Source: Piromyces finnis finn (taxonomy: Eukaryota; Fungi; Neocallimastigomycota). Taken from it: a stretch of 64,000 nt of DNA. The notes under the pieces were generated by a model, which saw only the letters and a list, made by a program, of their open reading frames with translations, searched no databases and had not been told where the DNA came from. The DNA lies in the NCBI GenBank assembly GCA_002104945.1, contig MCFH01000054.1, forward strand, positions 248,001 through 312,000, read 5' to 3'. Positions 1 to 14,513 of this stretch are shown one piece after another (position 1 is the stretch's first letter; every line of letters begins with the position of its first letter). The position numbers and the translations under genes are program-made.

Positions 1-1196
1 TTATGTTTGGTAATTAATAATAATTAAAGTTAAGTTTAAATGAATTCTATAATTATCTTTTTTTTTATGTATATATATATATACATTTAAATAAATATAA
101 ATTTTTAATTTTTTTTAATTATATATAACAATTAAAGAATCGTATTTTATAAAGTTAGCATTTTATCCTATTTCCATTTGAATCAAATTACCTATAAAAT
201 GATATATATTATAAATATCATTTTAAGTTTAATTATAATTATTTTTTGTATACAGTTAGGTTAAATAAGGTTTTATTTTTTAGATTGACATTTATGCAAT
301 TATAATTTTATAATATATATAAGTAAAGATATCCAACTAATTTTTTTTTTTTTTTTTTTTTTTTTTTTGTTCATTTTTTTTTAGTTATAAAGAATTAATC
401 TTTGTTTGTATATATTACATAAATATTTAAAGAAAAAAAAAATGTTTAATTTTTTCCAGAACATATATTATAAAAGTAAGAATAAACGCATAACACGCTT
501 TTTAAAAATTTATCTATTTAATATTTTATATATATTTGAATAAAGAGTATTACATACTACATTTTTACCATTATATTTATAATACTATACAATATAAAAG
601 CAGGCATAAAATTAAGATGAAACTCTAATATTTTATATAATATGAATTGCTTTTAATTATTATAGTTTTAAGTTATATATATATATATATATATATATAC
701 ATCGAGTTACTAATTTAAATATTTTTTTTAGTTTATAAATCTAAAATTATAATATAATAAAAAAGTAAAAAAGATAAATAAATGAAATGTTTTTATTTAT
801 ATAATCAATAAATGTAGTATTTACATTGATACATGCATGTATTAAATAATAAATAACATATATATATGATATATAATTTTGTTCATTTTATTTATTAATT
901 TATATTTAAGTCATAAATTTTATTATTGTAGTGTGTATAGTTTTATTAATTTTAGTGTGTGTTTTTTATAAAGAAAATTTTTATTACAATTGTTTAAAAA
1001 ATAGAGCATTAATTTATTGAATATAATAAAAAATGTATGAATAATATTATGAAATTAATGTAAAATATCAATATAAATATTATAGTAAACAACATAGAAA
1101 AAAAGTATAAAGTATATATTTAATATAAAAAAAAAATAAATTGAGACAAAAAAAAAAGTTTAAAGAAAATGAAAAGATATAATAGTTTTAGAGAAA

Positions 1197-1505
1197 TTAC
1201 ACTTTGTTTGATTTTAATGATTCTTCATTTCCTGATGAAACTCGTGATTTTTTAATTATTGCTTTTCTTGTTGGAACAAATATGCTTTTTTTTAGAAAAA
1301 TGATAACAAATATAAAAAGTATATATAAATATTAGAAATTAAAACATTATTTTATTATATTGTATTTAATTATGATAAAAGAATGATAATAGGATAGTTA
1401 CCATAGTAATAATGTTATAAAAATAAGAGCTAAATATATGAAAAGGAAATAATTGTATCCGTATGATAAATATTTTAATTTTTGAATTTGAATACCAAAT
1501 ATTTC

Positions 1506-1578
<73 letters not shown>

Positions 1579-4059
1579 GTTATTATTATTCAAGAATATA
1601 TATTATTTAATAATTTTTAGTGTTTTAATATTTAAAAGCTTAATTTATAATATATTATTAATAGTTTTATAAAATTACTTTGGGAAGTAGTATATTTAGC
1701 ATAACCTCCTAGAGCCGTTGATAAAAATTGAACAATTGCAACAGTAGTGAATAATATAATACCAACATTATATAACAATGAATTCATTAATGTACCTTTA
1801 ATACTATATAATAAATATTTTTTTTTTTAGGTTAGAACTATATATGTGTATATATATGTATAATCTATTTTTTAATTATTATATTTATTATTTTTCATAC
1901 ACTAATGGATGAATTGCAAATATTTCGAATTTCATGCCAAATTTCATACTTCCATTGATTACAGAAGTTAATAACCAAAATGCTAATGCAGAATAAAGAG
2001 CTGTTCCAACAAATGGTATTTTACTAAATGTTGATAAAATAGTACTTAAGAAAGCAGATATAGGTTCTTTTCCTAATGTTTTCATTAAAGAATATAAAAC
2101 GATATGTAAAACCCAAACAAATGATAAAATACCACTATTTATTATATATATATATATATATATATGGATTTGTTTTGAAAATAGTATTTTGAAAAGATAT
2201 TAATTAATAATAGGAAAATTAAATTCATTTATAATAATGTATATAATAAATATAAACAAAAAAAGTGCTATTTAATATCTAACCCAAATATTCCAAGTAA
2301 TAACTTTCCAAATTGGATTAAAATGTTACCACCTTTTTCTGTATATGATTCTTCCATTTTGTTATACTCATCTTCAAGTGCTAATACACTCTATTACAAT
2401 ATAAACAAATAGTTTTATATATAATTATTAATTTTGTATTAATAAAATCAAAAACTTGTGATAACTATATATTAGTTTACTTTTTGGAATTCCTTTTCTT
2501 GTCTTTTTAATTCTTTAACATCTTTAGAAAATCTTGATTTATTTTTAGCGCTTTCTCTTAATTTTTCAATTTCAAAGTTCTTGTTCATTAATGTTTGTGA
2601 TTTTATTCCAATTTCATTTTTCATTTTTAAATATCTAATCATGAATAATTGATATATTTTAAAATAATAAGAAATTTTAATATATATATTTTCGAATAAT
2701 AAATGAATATATTGCGTGGTTATTTAATATTTTTTTTATTAGTATAAAATTAAATCTAACTTTTCTTTTCCAATTGGTTTTGGTCTATTTTTAAATGATG
2801 TTATCAAATCAGATGGTAAAGTAATTAAACCTACTCCACCAAAAACGGAAAATAGGAACCATCCGATAAATGAAATAATTGCAATAATATACATAAATAT
2901 GGATACTTTAACATCATTTTCAACTACTTTTTCAATATAACATGAATTCTTTTTTTTTTTTTTTTTTTTTTTATTCAAAATAATATAATAATAATTTGTT
3001 TTGAAATTAAATTAATAGTGGTGGTATAGATTAATATTTATATCCAAAATATATTTTAAAAATAACAAGAAATAGAATATAGTAATAAAATAATATATAT
3101 ATATAAATATATTTAAATATTTAGTATATATTTCGTTAAAAATAATAATTTATAATATTATGTGTTTATTATTACAGATGATTCGCAAAAATTTGTTTTA
3201 TAATCAAAGTTTTCTGAAGAAATGAGTGAACTTGAAATTTCCTTTCTTTCAATTTTAATTGTTCCAAACAAATACCATAGAACCCCTATAATACCAATTA
3301 TGATTACAGATGTTGGTATTGACCATTTTATAGCATTCATATATTGTTTTTTTGTTGTATTACTGATTATATGAAATAATTATAGCATTGATAATATATA
3401 TTTATTTATTTTAATCATTTATAATTAAATAGTAAGGAATGAAAATATTTTAAATATATAACAGTTATCTATACTGCATATATTAATTTTATTCTAATAT
3501 TTAAATATAGTAATATAGTTACTCTGTATCATCATAGCCTTCATAGTAAAACATCATAAATGGAATTATAATAATAGCAAATACTGCTGTTAATATAAAA
3601 CATATTATATTCAGTGTATACATTGGCAATGACCCTTTCTTTACTGCTTCCCCTCTTTGATTTTGAACATCAAGTGGTAATAATAAAATATTACAACATG
3701 CTAGAGTTAAACCAATGAGCTTTTTAATATATATTGATTGTTATACCGATGTATATTTATTTATATTTAAATAAAAAAAAAAAACAAATAAAATATATTA
3801 TTACTTTTATTTTTGATAATTTTCTTTTCTTTCTTTTTTTTTTTTATTTTAGTATTTAATTATCATTTTTTAATTTTTTTTTTTTTTGAAATATTCTCAT
3901 TGTTGATATTGAAACACCTACAGCAACAATTTTTGGTGCCCATGCTACCCATTTATCTTCAGGATGTTGGAAATATATTAAGAAATAGAGAGATCCAATG
4001 GCAAGTAAAACAAAAAATACTACGGACTCTATTATTAATACTAAATCTATTCCATCCAT
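1197..4059 (-). CDS. LMBR1-like / LIMR family multi-pass membrane protein (multi-exon)
   Basis: Spliced by hand from ATG 4059: MDGIDLVLIIESVVFFVLLAIGSLYFLIYFQHPEDKWVAWAPKIVA|LIGLTLACCNILLLPLDVQNQRGE... to ...GTLMNSLLYNVG...STALGGYAKYT...IFVPTRKAIIKKSRVSSGNEESLKSNKV*. The YFQHPED, LLLPLDV and TLMNSLLYNVG motifs are characteristic of the LIMR family. ORF-track fragments 1888-2085, 2739-2978, 3158-3340 and 3856-4059 are its exons. Confidence 0.85.
1507..1590. repeat. (ATT)n microsatellite inside an intron of the LMBR1-like gene
   Basis: About 28 near-perfect ATT units, read directly. Confidence 0.95.
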
Positions 4060-5502
4060 TTTAAATATATATTTTTTATTTTAATAAAAATATTTTATAT
4101 TTTATATTTCTTGATATGTGGATTAAAAAAAAAAATTTGTTATTAAAAAAAAAAAAACACTTTTTTTCTGAAAATATTATAATTTCATTTTCTTTTTTAG
4201 TTATCGGTATTTTTTTTTCTTATAATGTAAATATATTTATTTTTTTTTTTTTTTTTTATCGCTTTGCTTAAACAAATCTAATTATATATATTGTATTATT
4301 TTTCTATTATATATACGTATATATGAATAAAAAATAATTATTAAGAAAAAATCAATAATTTTAGAAATAAAAAAAAAAAAAAGTTTGTTTTCTACGAGTA
4401 TATTCAATAACAGTAATATTTTTCTTTTAATTACTAATGTAACTTTTTAAATATATATTATATAATAATAAAATTTACAAAGAAATAATAATGAATGCTA
4501 TAGGATTTTTTTTTTTTATTTGTTATTAATTATATTAATTTTTATAAAAAGTATTTATCCTAATAAAATTAAATACAGTTTTATTAATAAAAAAAGAATG
4601 TTATTCAAGAAGGTTTAGCTTTTAGATAAAATATTTTCGATTTATTCAAATGGCAATTTTATAGATTACTTTTAAATAATTCTTTATACGGTAGTTAAAG
4701 ATATTTAATATAAAATAAAATTACATATTAAAGTAATGCATTATAAAATGTTATTTTACTTTATTTTTTAAATATTTTAAAAAGGCTTATTTTATTTATT
4801 TAAACTATTATAAATTACTAATTAATTTTTAATTGATTCATTCATACATATTACTTTGTTAACCTTAAATTTTCAATATTTAGTATAAAGTTTTATAATA
4901 ATAACTACTTTTATACATTATTAGGTTAGAATATTTTTTTTCTTTTCCAATTATATATACTATATAAAATGTGCATGAATAGATCTTGTAATTTATATTC
5001 ACTGAAATAATAATATCGATGAATGAATGTTTGATTTTTTAGGTGAGTAAATGTGTGAGTAGGTATGAATTTCATTTAATCTTTTTTTTTTTTTTAATAA
5101 TTTTTATACCAAGAAAATGCTTGAGTACCCATAAAAATTGTTGTTTATTAAATTTTATTTTTATTATTAATTAAAGTTTTTAAATTTAATTTTTATAAAG
5201 TTTATAGTTTAAACCACACATACCAATAATCAAGAGTACCTATAAATAAAATATTACATTTTCCTTTTTTTTTTTTTTTTTTCTTTAAAACAAAAAAGAA
5301 AATCGAAATTTAAGAAAGAAAAAAAGAAATATTTGTTTAATACATACTTAAAAAACATATATTTATAATATATATTGACATATATATAAATATAATTTAA
5401 TAGAAATAACAACAATAAATTAAGAAAAAGAAAAAAATAATTGAAAAAATAAATATAAAACAACATCCGAAAATAATTTAAAACTATCAGTATATAATTG
5501 AA

Positions 5503-8500
5503 ATGAACTTTAAATTTTTATATACAGCTATTGCTGTATTAGCTTCTTTTGTAAGGGCACAAAATCAATTACCGGATGTTCCAAAAGGTACTTTAAAAAT
5601 ATATAAATAGTAAAATGGAAAACATTATAATTTAGCTTAAAGTATACAAGTCATTTGAAATGCTTACTGTAACAATTTGAAATTAAAAATAAAATTTGTT
5701 TATACAGCCGAAGAATTAAAAGTAGATTCATTACCAGATATTAGTACTTTAAATAGCACTCAATATGCAGGGTATTTTATATATTAATATCAAGCATAAA
5801 AATCAAATAATAAAGAATTTGTTAATATTAAATATAATAAATATAATTTTATTTTACAGTTTATTACCTATCAGAACAAATACATTTGTTTTCTTCTGGT
5901 TATTTGAACAAGAAGAACCAAAAAAACCAAATATTAAGGAAAAATTAACAGTATGGTTAAACGGAGGTAAAAATAAAAAAATAATATTAAAAATATATGG
6001 ATAATATATCGGCATTTCTTATATCTTTAAAATGTACATTATTCTCACAATATTATAATATTATAATAGGTCCAGGATGGTAAACTTCAAATTATACAAT
6101 ATTTATATATATAATATAATTTCAAAAAAGAATGTTTCATTAATGTTTATATTTGTTAACTCAATTAAATTAAAATATTTATTAAAAAAATTAGTTCAAG
6201 GTAAAAATTACTATTGCAATTTAAATTTTAAAAATTATAACATTTATAAAAAATAAAAAAAAAAAAAAGATATATTAAAGTCTATAATATTATTTATAAT
6301 AAAATAATATAAATTAGTATGGATGGTGTTTTTATGGAAAATGGTCCATATACTTTTGATGAAGATGGAAAAATTACTCATAATCCATACAGTTGGAATA
6401 AACATACTAATGTAGTTTATGGTAAATTAAGAAATTACAGAAATTATTATTTATTATTTTTTACTTTTATTCACACAATGTCTAATTAAAAAAAATGCTA
6501 ATCAATGATATTTAAAAATGAATAGTTGACCAACCAACGGGTACCGGTTTTAGTTATACCAAAAACAATGATATTCCAAGAAACGAATATGATGTTGGAA
6601 GAGATTTTAACACCTTTTTAGGTCAATTATTCAGAGTTTTCCCACAATATGCTGATGCTGAAGTATATATTCAATGATAATCAGATATATATATTTATAA
6701 ATTAAAATAGTTATATATTTATACTAAGGATTAAAATTAAAATTATCATCATCATAATTAGATTTATATTGCTGGTGAAAGTTTTGCCGGAACTTATATT
6801 CCATATATAGCATCTAATTTAATTAAAAACCCAGTAAATGAAAAAATGGTATAAATAAGAAAATAAAAATTTATATAATTATAATAATAATAAAATGATA
6901 CCTAATATTATTTATAAAGATTGATTTACAAGGTATTGCTATCGGTAACGGTTGGATAGATCCAGCAAGACAAGTAATATATATATATTGTTTTTAAGTA
7001 GTGAATTGCTATTTTTTGGGTAATATTGTTATTTTAATCAACAAAATAATTATTTGTAAAATGTATTATAGTATCAAGGTTACCTTAAATATTCAGTGGA
7101 TAACAATATTTTAAGTGGAAATGCCTTAGTAAGTATTTTTATCATTGCTTATGATGAATCAAAAAATATTAATACTTAATATTGTGTGGTAATAATATTG
7201 ACAAAATTTTCTATTAATACGTAATTAGAAAAAGGTAAAAGAATTAACTAATAAATGTACTGAAGAATACAAAAAAAAAGACAGAATTAAAAATTATGGA
7301 TGTGAATATATTTTAGATTCTATTTTAGATGGTACAACTGCCAAGTATGTTTTTTTTTTTTTCTTCTTCTCATATTAATCCCTCCCCCTTCCTTTATGAC
7401 AAAATATTAACATTATTAAAATGAAAAAAAAAATTTTTTTTAATCATTTAAAATTAAATAGTGGACAATTTTGTATCAATATGTATGATATTCGTTTAAG
7501 AGATACAGATAAGAAAGGTGGTTGTGGTTTATATTCATGGCCTTTAACTCTTGGTAGTATGACATATTATTTACAAGTAAGCTAATTTTTGTTGATCTAT
7601 TTATAAATCCAAAACTATTCATTTTAATACGTTATAGCAAATATTAACAAAATAGATATAAAATATATAAATTTCATTTTAAAAATTTTCTAGAGATTGG
7701 ATGTAATTGAAGCCATTCATGCTTCCGCAACTCCACATACTTGGAGAGAATGTACTTCAAGAGTATCCTCTGCACTTTCTGGTGATAATAGCAAACCATC
7801 CTACACTGTAATTAATATTTATATAATGATTATTTTTATATCTCTAAACAATCAAATAAATAAATGAATATATATATTTATTAAACTATTATATTTTATT
7901 TATTTTATTCATAATTTTATAGCTATTCCCATTCCTTTTAGAGCATATCAAGATTACTCTTTTTGCGTAAATATTTATTAGTATATTTATCTATATAGGA
8001 TTGTCCTATTTATATTAAAGTTTTTTTTTTTTTTTTTTTAATTTTAAATTTTATTATCTATTTTATGTAATAATTAATATATCAAAGTGGTGACAAAGAT
8101 CTTATTTGTAATCATGCTGGTATTGAAATGATGATTGATAACATGACATGGGATGGTGCTAAGGGTTATAGTGTAAGTAGTTAAATGAATTACTATCTTT
8201 TTTTTTTTTTTATTAAATTTAGTATTAATGATATATATAATAAATAACAATAGAATGGTTTAATTGACTGGGTTGTTAATGGAAAAGTCAGTGGTGCTTA
8301 TCAATCTGAAAGAAATTTAACTTATATTCGTATGACAAATGGTAGTCATATGGTTCCAATTGATTTACCAGAAGAATCCTTATTCATGTTTAATAGTTTT
8401 ATTGGTATTAACGACGAGGAAAAGGCAAGCTTGGTAATACTTTATTTTTCAATATAATTTTTTTTTATTTTTTTTTTTAAAAAAAAAAAACTTATTCATT

Positions 8501-9030
8501 TATATTAATATTAATAGGATAACCAATTTGACTATGATGAAGGTCAAAAGAAATTATCTTCAGATGCTTCTATGGAACATTCCAATTCTAACGTCACTAA
8601 ATTGTAACTATTGATTTTTATTATTATTATTATTATTTTATTATTTTTTATTAAAATCTTTAAATTCTTAAATTAATATAATGGTTAAAAAAAAAAAGTA
8701 ATTTATTAATTTTAATAATATATTATTTTAAAATTTTTATTTTATAAAAAAAAAAGATTATCACTTTCTATTCTTAGTGTTAGTTTAATTGCTTTCGTAA
8801 CCGTATTTGCTATTCGTAAAAATAAACAAAATGATGCTACCAGTAGTGTGGAATGGCATGAATTAATGAAAGATAACAATGGTTCTGAAATTGAAGATGA
8901 TAATAATGATAATGTCATTGATATTAATTTAGATGATGATGAAGAATCCTTAAGTGATATAGAAAACTTTATATTAGAGAATGAAAATGATGATATCGAT
9001 GAAAATATAAATGATACTTTAGGACTATAG
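5503..9030 (+). CDS. KEX1: Serine carboxypeptidase family S10, Kex1-like (signal peptide, C-terminal TM, acidic tail), many exons
   Basis: Signal peptide [20 protein letters not shown]10 motifs after splicing: [29 protein letters not shown] (catalytic Ser), [19 protein letters not shown] (Asp), GSHMVP (His). A TM segment ([17 protein letters not shown]) is followed by RK and a D/E-rich tail ending at TAG 9030. Confidence 0.85.
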
Positions 9031-9706
9031 ATTTATATATATATATATATATGTATAAATAACATTGTCAAAGAATAGAAACATTTTTGGTTAATTAAAA
9101 AAAAAAAAAAAAAAAAACCCTACTATTTAGAATTTCATAATTTTTTATTTATATAATTTTTTTTACATAGATATACTTGTAATAATATAATACTGTTTAA
9201 AATAACAAATAGAAAAAAAAAAAAAAAAAAAAAAAGATAAATATTTTAAAAAAAGTAAAATCCATGTATTTTTAAACTATTTTAATTTAATATATATATA
9301 TATATATGTTTTTAATTCTTATCTCTTTATTATTATTAAAACTCTGAGTGCAATCTGCCAATTTTCACACTATAAATATTGACTTTGAACCAGATTTTTA
9401 GAGATGTAATAAATTTATGGTTATTTTAGTTATGTATAAATATTAATAAATATTATAAATAGTGTAAAAAATAAATCATAAATAGTTTTAAATTTTCTTT
9501 TAATTATTTATTTTTGCTTTTATTTTTGCTTTTACTTTTAATAAATTTACATTTTTTCTATTTACTAATAACAACTTCAAAAGAAATATATATATTTTGT
9601 CTCTTTACAGTCGTTTATATATATATATATATATTTTAATCATCAATTATAGTGGTATATTTGTACTATATATATATATATAATTTTTTTTTTCTTTTAT
9701 TATTGT

Positions 9707-10535
9707 TTAAACACAACGATAAACTACAAAGTCAGTTTCAGTAGCTTCCTTATCACTAATAGAGAATTCAGCGTGATCAATAATACTTCTTGGGGAACCT
9801 TTTGTTTGAAGGAAAGTTTTACTAATATATCAAATAAAAAATAAAAGTATTAATAGGTTACCATAAATAATATATATTTGTTTATATAAAAAATAAATTT
9901 CAAAATTTAAATGTAATAGTAATTACAATTTTTCAATTTGAGATTCCTTTCCAGTAGCAAGTCCTTGAACAGTACCATGAGTAGTGTTCATACACCATCC
10001 TCTTAAACCAAGTTTTTTGCCTTCTAATTTAGTGTATTTACGGAAATATACACCTTAAAAAAAATAAATAATATTTTTTATTATTTTATGACATTGTATA
10101 TATATATATTATTAATTTCATTAATTTAAAATAATTCATTTGAAATTTATTATTCATTTTTTTATTTTTTAAATTTCTATTTTTTTTTTTTTAAAAAAAA
10201 AAAAAGTTTTATTTATATATACCTTGAACTTTTCCGTATACTTCAAATTTAATAGAAACAATTTTTTCATTTTTATCTGATTTTGTAGACATGGTTTTAC
10301 TAGATTTCTTGTTTATTAAAGTTTTTTTGGAAAGATTATTACTTAAATGGGTAGTTGATTTCTTTGAAGTACTACTAAGATTCTTTTTATCAGTTAAAAG
10401 ACTTGTTAATTTTAAAGTCTTTTTATTATTATTAGTTTTTAAAGTGTTTTCCCTTAACATTGAAAAACCTTGTGCTAATGTAATATCAAATAAAGTACTA
10501 TTTGTTAAAGATGTTGAAAAGTTTGTTAATGACAT
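9707..10535 (-). CDS. ACYP: Acylphosphatase with long S/T/K-rich N-terminal extension (3 exons)
   Basis: Spliced: ...[10 protein letters not shown]|[30 protein letters not shown]...|[19 protein letters not shown]...VVYRCV*. Matches the acylphosphatase signature GxVQGVxFR, GWxxN, GSP. Confidence 0.9.
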
Positions 10536-10930
10536 TTTTTTTTTTTTTTATATATTTTTTTTAAGATAAAATTTTAAAATATTTTTAATTATTATTTAAT
10601 AAAGTTTTTTTTTTTTTTTCTTTTATATATACAAATTGAATTTTAATTTCTTTATGCTTAATTGCTGTTGTATCTCTATACAAACTTTAAAAATTAACTA
10701 CTTTTTTTATTTTTTAATAAGAAAACAATAAGAAAAAAGAATAATTGAAATGATAATAATTAAAATAAAAAAAAAAAAAGTGTATATTTATACAAAATGA
10801 AAGTATATTACTTTAATAATTAATATTTCTTAAATGTTATTATTAATGTATTTAATTAGTAAATCTGATGTTGTGAAATGAAATATGAAATACAATACTA
10901 TACAACAATATAAAAAAATTAACATTAATA

Positions 10931-10967
<37 letters not shown>

Positions 10968-11269
10968 ATTTTATTTTAAAATTAGTGTGCTATCTATCTA
11001 TATATATTTAATAAATAAATAAAAAATAATAAATAAATAAAAAAAAAAAGTTATTAACATCATGAAAGAAGGATTAAACATTAAAAAGAAAAATTAAAAC
11101 TTTTTTTTGATTTATTATTTTAATTTATTTTTAATCATTTCTTTCTTAAATGGTATTTTTTTTTATAATATGAGTCTATATAGATACTTTTCAATATATA
11201 TATTTTTTTATTATTATCATTAAAAATTGAAACATTATCGTAGTAGAAAAGATATTGACATTCAGTATT

Positions 11270-12993
11270 TTACTGAGTTTTGTAGCTAAGATAGCTGGTA
11301 TCTCCTAATTTTCTTGGGCTTATCATATTCTTAACAAGGAAAATAATACCTAATAACAAACTAAGTGAACCAACGACAACATATCCAATACCAAGGAATG
11401 GATTCTTTCCTCCAAATGCTGAAACATTACTAATAATTATTGATTTTGTTCCACCAAAACTTTCAACATCAAATCCTGATAAATATTAGTAATAATAACA
11501 ATGATAATAAACATTATTTATTAATGCATATTTATACAAAATGTATGGTATTAAAAACAATAACTATTATATAGAGTAAATTTTTAAAAGATTTTTTTTT
11601 TATTTCAATACTTACTATCAATAATTTGAATGGAATATCTTCCTTTTGGTAAACTACCATTCTTGTTTTGACCATAAAGTTTTCTAAAGTTTGGAAGACC
11701 TGCAACTCTCATCCAAACCTGGAAACGTTCCATATCTGCTAATCTTGGGAAGTTTTCACGAGTATAACCATTTTTGTATTGTGGGAAATCTTTTTTCCAG
11801 TTTGGTGGTGGAATTAAATTCTTAAGTTCTTCATCAGTAAGTTGATTAACATTCATATTTTTATATTTATCCTTATCTGAACTCCATGATATACCAGATT
11901 CTGAAAATTCATATTCAAATGAATCTTCTCTTACTAATTTTGATCCAATAACTTCATCTAAACATTATTATTATTAGTAGTAGTAGTGGTGGTGGTGATG
12001 GTAGTTATAGTTGTAATAGTATAATGAAATAAAGTAAAGAGAAATAAAATGGTTTTAGTAAAAAATATTGTCCATTCTTTTTTATATAAAGTTCGTTTTA
12101 TAAAATCATTACTCGTATAAATTATTTATTTTTTTTTAAATGTAAAGTTTTATTTATTTACCACTGAAGAATGAATTTGCAATTAAACCACATGGATAAT
12201 ATTGCTTTCCATTACTTTTATCTAATGGAGCACAATCACTAATATCATCTTTATAATATTTATCGGATTTTAATTGTTTTGGCATATAACTTTTAAAGTA
12301 ATCTCTATGATTTTGATAGAAATTAGTTAATCTATAATATAAGAAAACAGGTTTTTTGTATTCACTAAATATTTCAAAATTCACTGTACAAATATTTTGT
12401 TGACTATCATAATTCCATGCAGCAATGGGTAAGGTTGGTTTTCCACCATATTTACATTTTGTATAATCAAGAATAATTTCTTTAACCTTTTATATTTAAT
12501 ATATTTATGAAAATAATATATTTATATATATATTTATTAAAATTTTAGAATGCTTATTTTCTTTTTTAAATTATGTTGCTTTTTTTTTAAAAAAAATTGT
12601 GAATAAATATTAAATTGAAAATGAAATTTACAGATTCAGAAGATACATAGAGAGCAATACCTATTGGAAGAAATATTACACCAATAATGAAAAATATAGG
12701 TATTACATTTTTTGGAGTAAGCAATGGTTGCCAGGACTTTAATCTTTGTTGTTTAAAAGCTGTGTCTGTTTTTTTTTTTTTTTTTTTATAAAAAAAAATT
12801 GTTTTATATTATTACATTGAAGATTATTATTATATACAATTGTTTATGAATATAAAACAAATATAATTGAAAAGGTTTTATATTTTAAATAAAATTTTAA
12901 CATTTTATATCAAATGAAAAAAAAAAAAAGGTATATGTTATTTTATTTTAAATGAAATTTACCAGCTGGTCTATTGCCTAGTTTATTTGCCAT
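11270..12993 (-). CDS. CDC50: CDC50/LEM3 family P4-ATPase (flippase) beta subunit, multi-exon
   Basis: MANKLGNRPA|DTAFKQQRLKSWQPLLTPK; YYRLTNFYQNHR; YPCGLIANSFF; ERFQVWMRVAGLPNFRKLYG; FGGKNPFLGIGY; C-terminal SPRKLGDTSYLSYKTQ*. Confidence 0.95.
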
Positions 12994-14513
12994 ATTTATT
13001 TAATTATATTTATAATATATTATTAATATTTCGTTTTTAATGTATGAAATAAATAGGTTTTGTTGATTATTGAGAGTGGTATATATTTATCCAAAAAAGA
13101 TTCATAAGCTATTCACCAAAAGAAGTATGATTATTATTTTTTTTTAATATAGGACTTTTGTTTAAGCACTTTTTATATATTCTTTTATAAAATAAATTTG
13201 AAATTTTCTCTTATAAAATAAACTTTTAACTTTTTATTTTATTTCTAAATGTTTCTTTCTTTCTTTTTTTTGCTTTTCTTTTTTGCTTTTTTCTTATTTA
13301 GTTTCAATTCAGTTTGTTCAGTTGATTTTTATTATTTTACAAAGAATTTTTAAAAAAATAGTTTGTTATTAAATTTTATATTAAAATTTTATATATAAAT
13401 TTTATATTATAATATTATAATATTAATTTTAATATAAACAATTAAATTTTTTTTTTTTTTTTAATAAGCTAAAGAAGAAACTGGTAAAACAAAAAAACAA
13501 AAAGAGAGTCACCTTGCTTAATGTTAAAAACCTTTAGATTAAAATGAACAATTTGAACAATTTTACCAATTGTGACAATAAAAAGATGTATAACTATTTT
13601 TATTAATAAACCATTAAATGTTTAATAAAAAAAAAAACTTTATAAAATTCCGTATAAACCTTTTCTAAATAAATTTTTTAAAATAAAAAGTAAAACTATA
13701 AATGTTTTTAATCCTTTATATTATTAATATCAAACATTATTATAAATTCTTTTTCTCTTTTAAAGAAAAGGTAGTGTATTATTTTGATAAAAAAAAATAA
13801 AAAAAAAAATAGTGTATTAAAATCATTGTTATTCTCTATATGTACCATGTCATTTTTTCAGATTTTAATTGTTTTCCATAAATTCAAAAAAACATTTTTT
13901 TATATCAAATTTACATTGTTTTATGTATCACTAAAAAAAGCATATGATATAGGTGTGATGAATTTACATTATCTTTTTTTGATTATCAAAAAAAAAAAAA
14001 TTTTTTTTATAAATAAATTATAATTGATTTGTAATTCATTCCATAAAAAAAAAAAAAGTTAAAAGTGACAAGATTAATTGTTCATTTTAAAAAAAAAAAA
14101 AAAAAAGGATTGAAAAAGTCTTTTTTTATTTTATTCAAATAATATTTAAAATTTGAAAGGAAACAAAAAAGTAATTCCTAATAATATATATATACATTTA
14201 TAAGAAAGAAAAAATATATAAAACTACTCATTTATACCATCGAAAAAAGAAACTCAACTCATTCAATTTTCTTCACATAATTAAAAATAATAATAGTTTG
14301 AATTAAATCTAGTGTTGATTTTTTTTAAAAGGAAAAAGGGAAAAAAAAAAAGTAAAGTGAAAAAAAAAAAACATAAAGATTTCTCGAAAATTTTATCATT
14401 TTGCTTTATAAATCGAAATATAACATTATAAAAAGAAAAGAAAATTTTAAAAATTTAAAAATTAAAAACAATTTATATTTATTAATTCTATTTTATAAAA
14501 AAAGTTAGTAATA

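Noticed and set aside
1366-1672. ORF-track entries with poly-N/poly-L (also 16362-16619, 16382-16573, 52542-52733)
   Set aside because: These are translations of ATT/AAT microsatellites, two of them inside introns of real genes.
5041-5240. Repeated GAGTA words including a perfect AG/GTGAGT donor upstream of KEX1
   Set aside because: Could be a 5'UTR intron donor or TF sites, but the words are too short and there is no supporting evidence.
10291-10569. Antisense or alternate-frame ORFs overlapping real genes (10291+, 15035-, 17533+, 17707-, 22056-, 22579-, 29520-, 29527+, 32784-, 33641-, 43636-, 49479+, 55539+, 57116+, 58133+, 60022+, 60877+)
   Set aside because: Shadow frames of codon-biased real CDSs with no independent motifs.
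13784-14023. Short K/F/I/L-rich intergenic ORFs (also 5254-, 18388+, 19608-, 36311+, 36634+, 40695-, 55673-, 62302+)
   Set aside because: Homopolymer-driven composition, often with non-ATG starts, typical of chance ORFs in >85% AT DNA.
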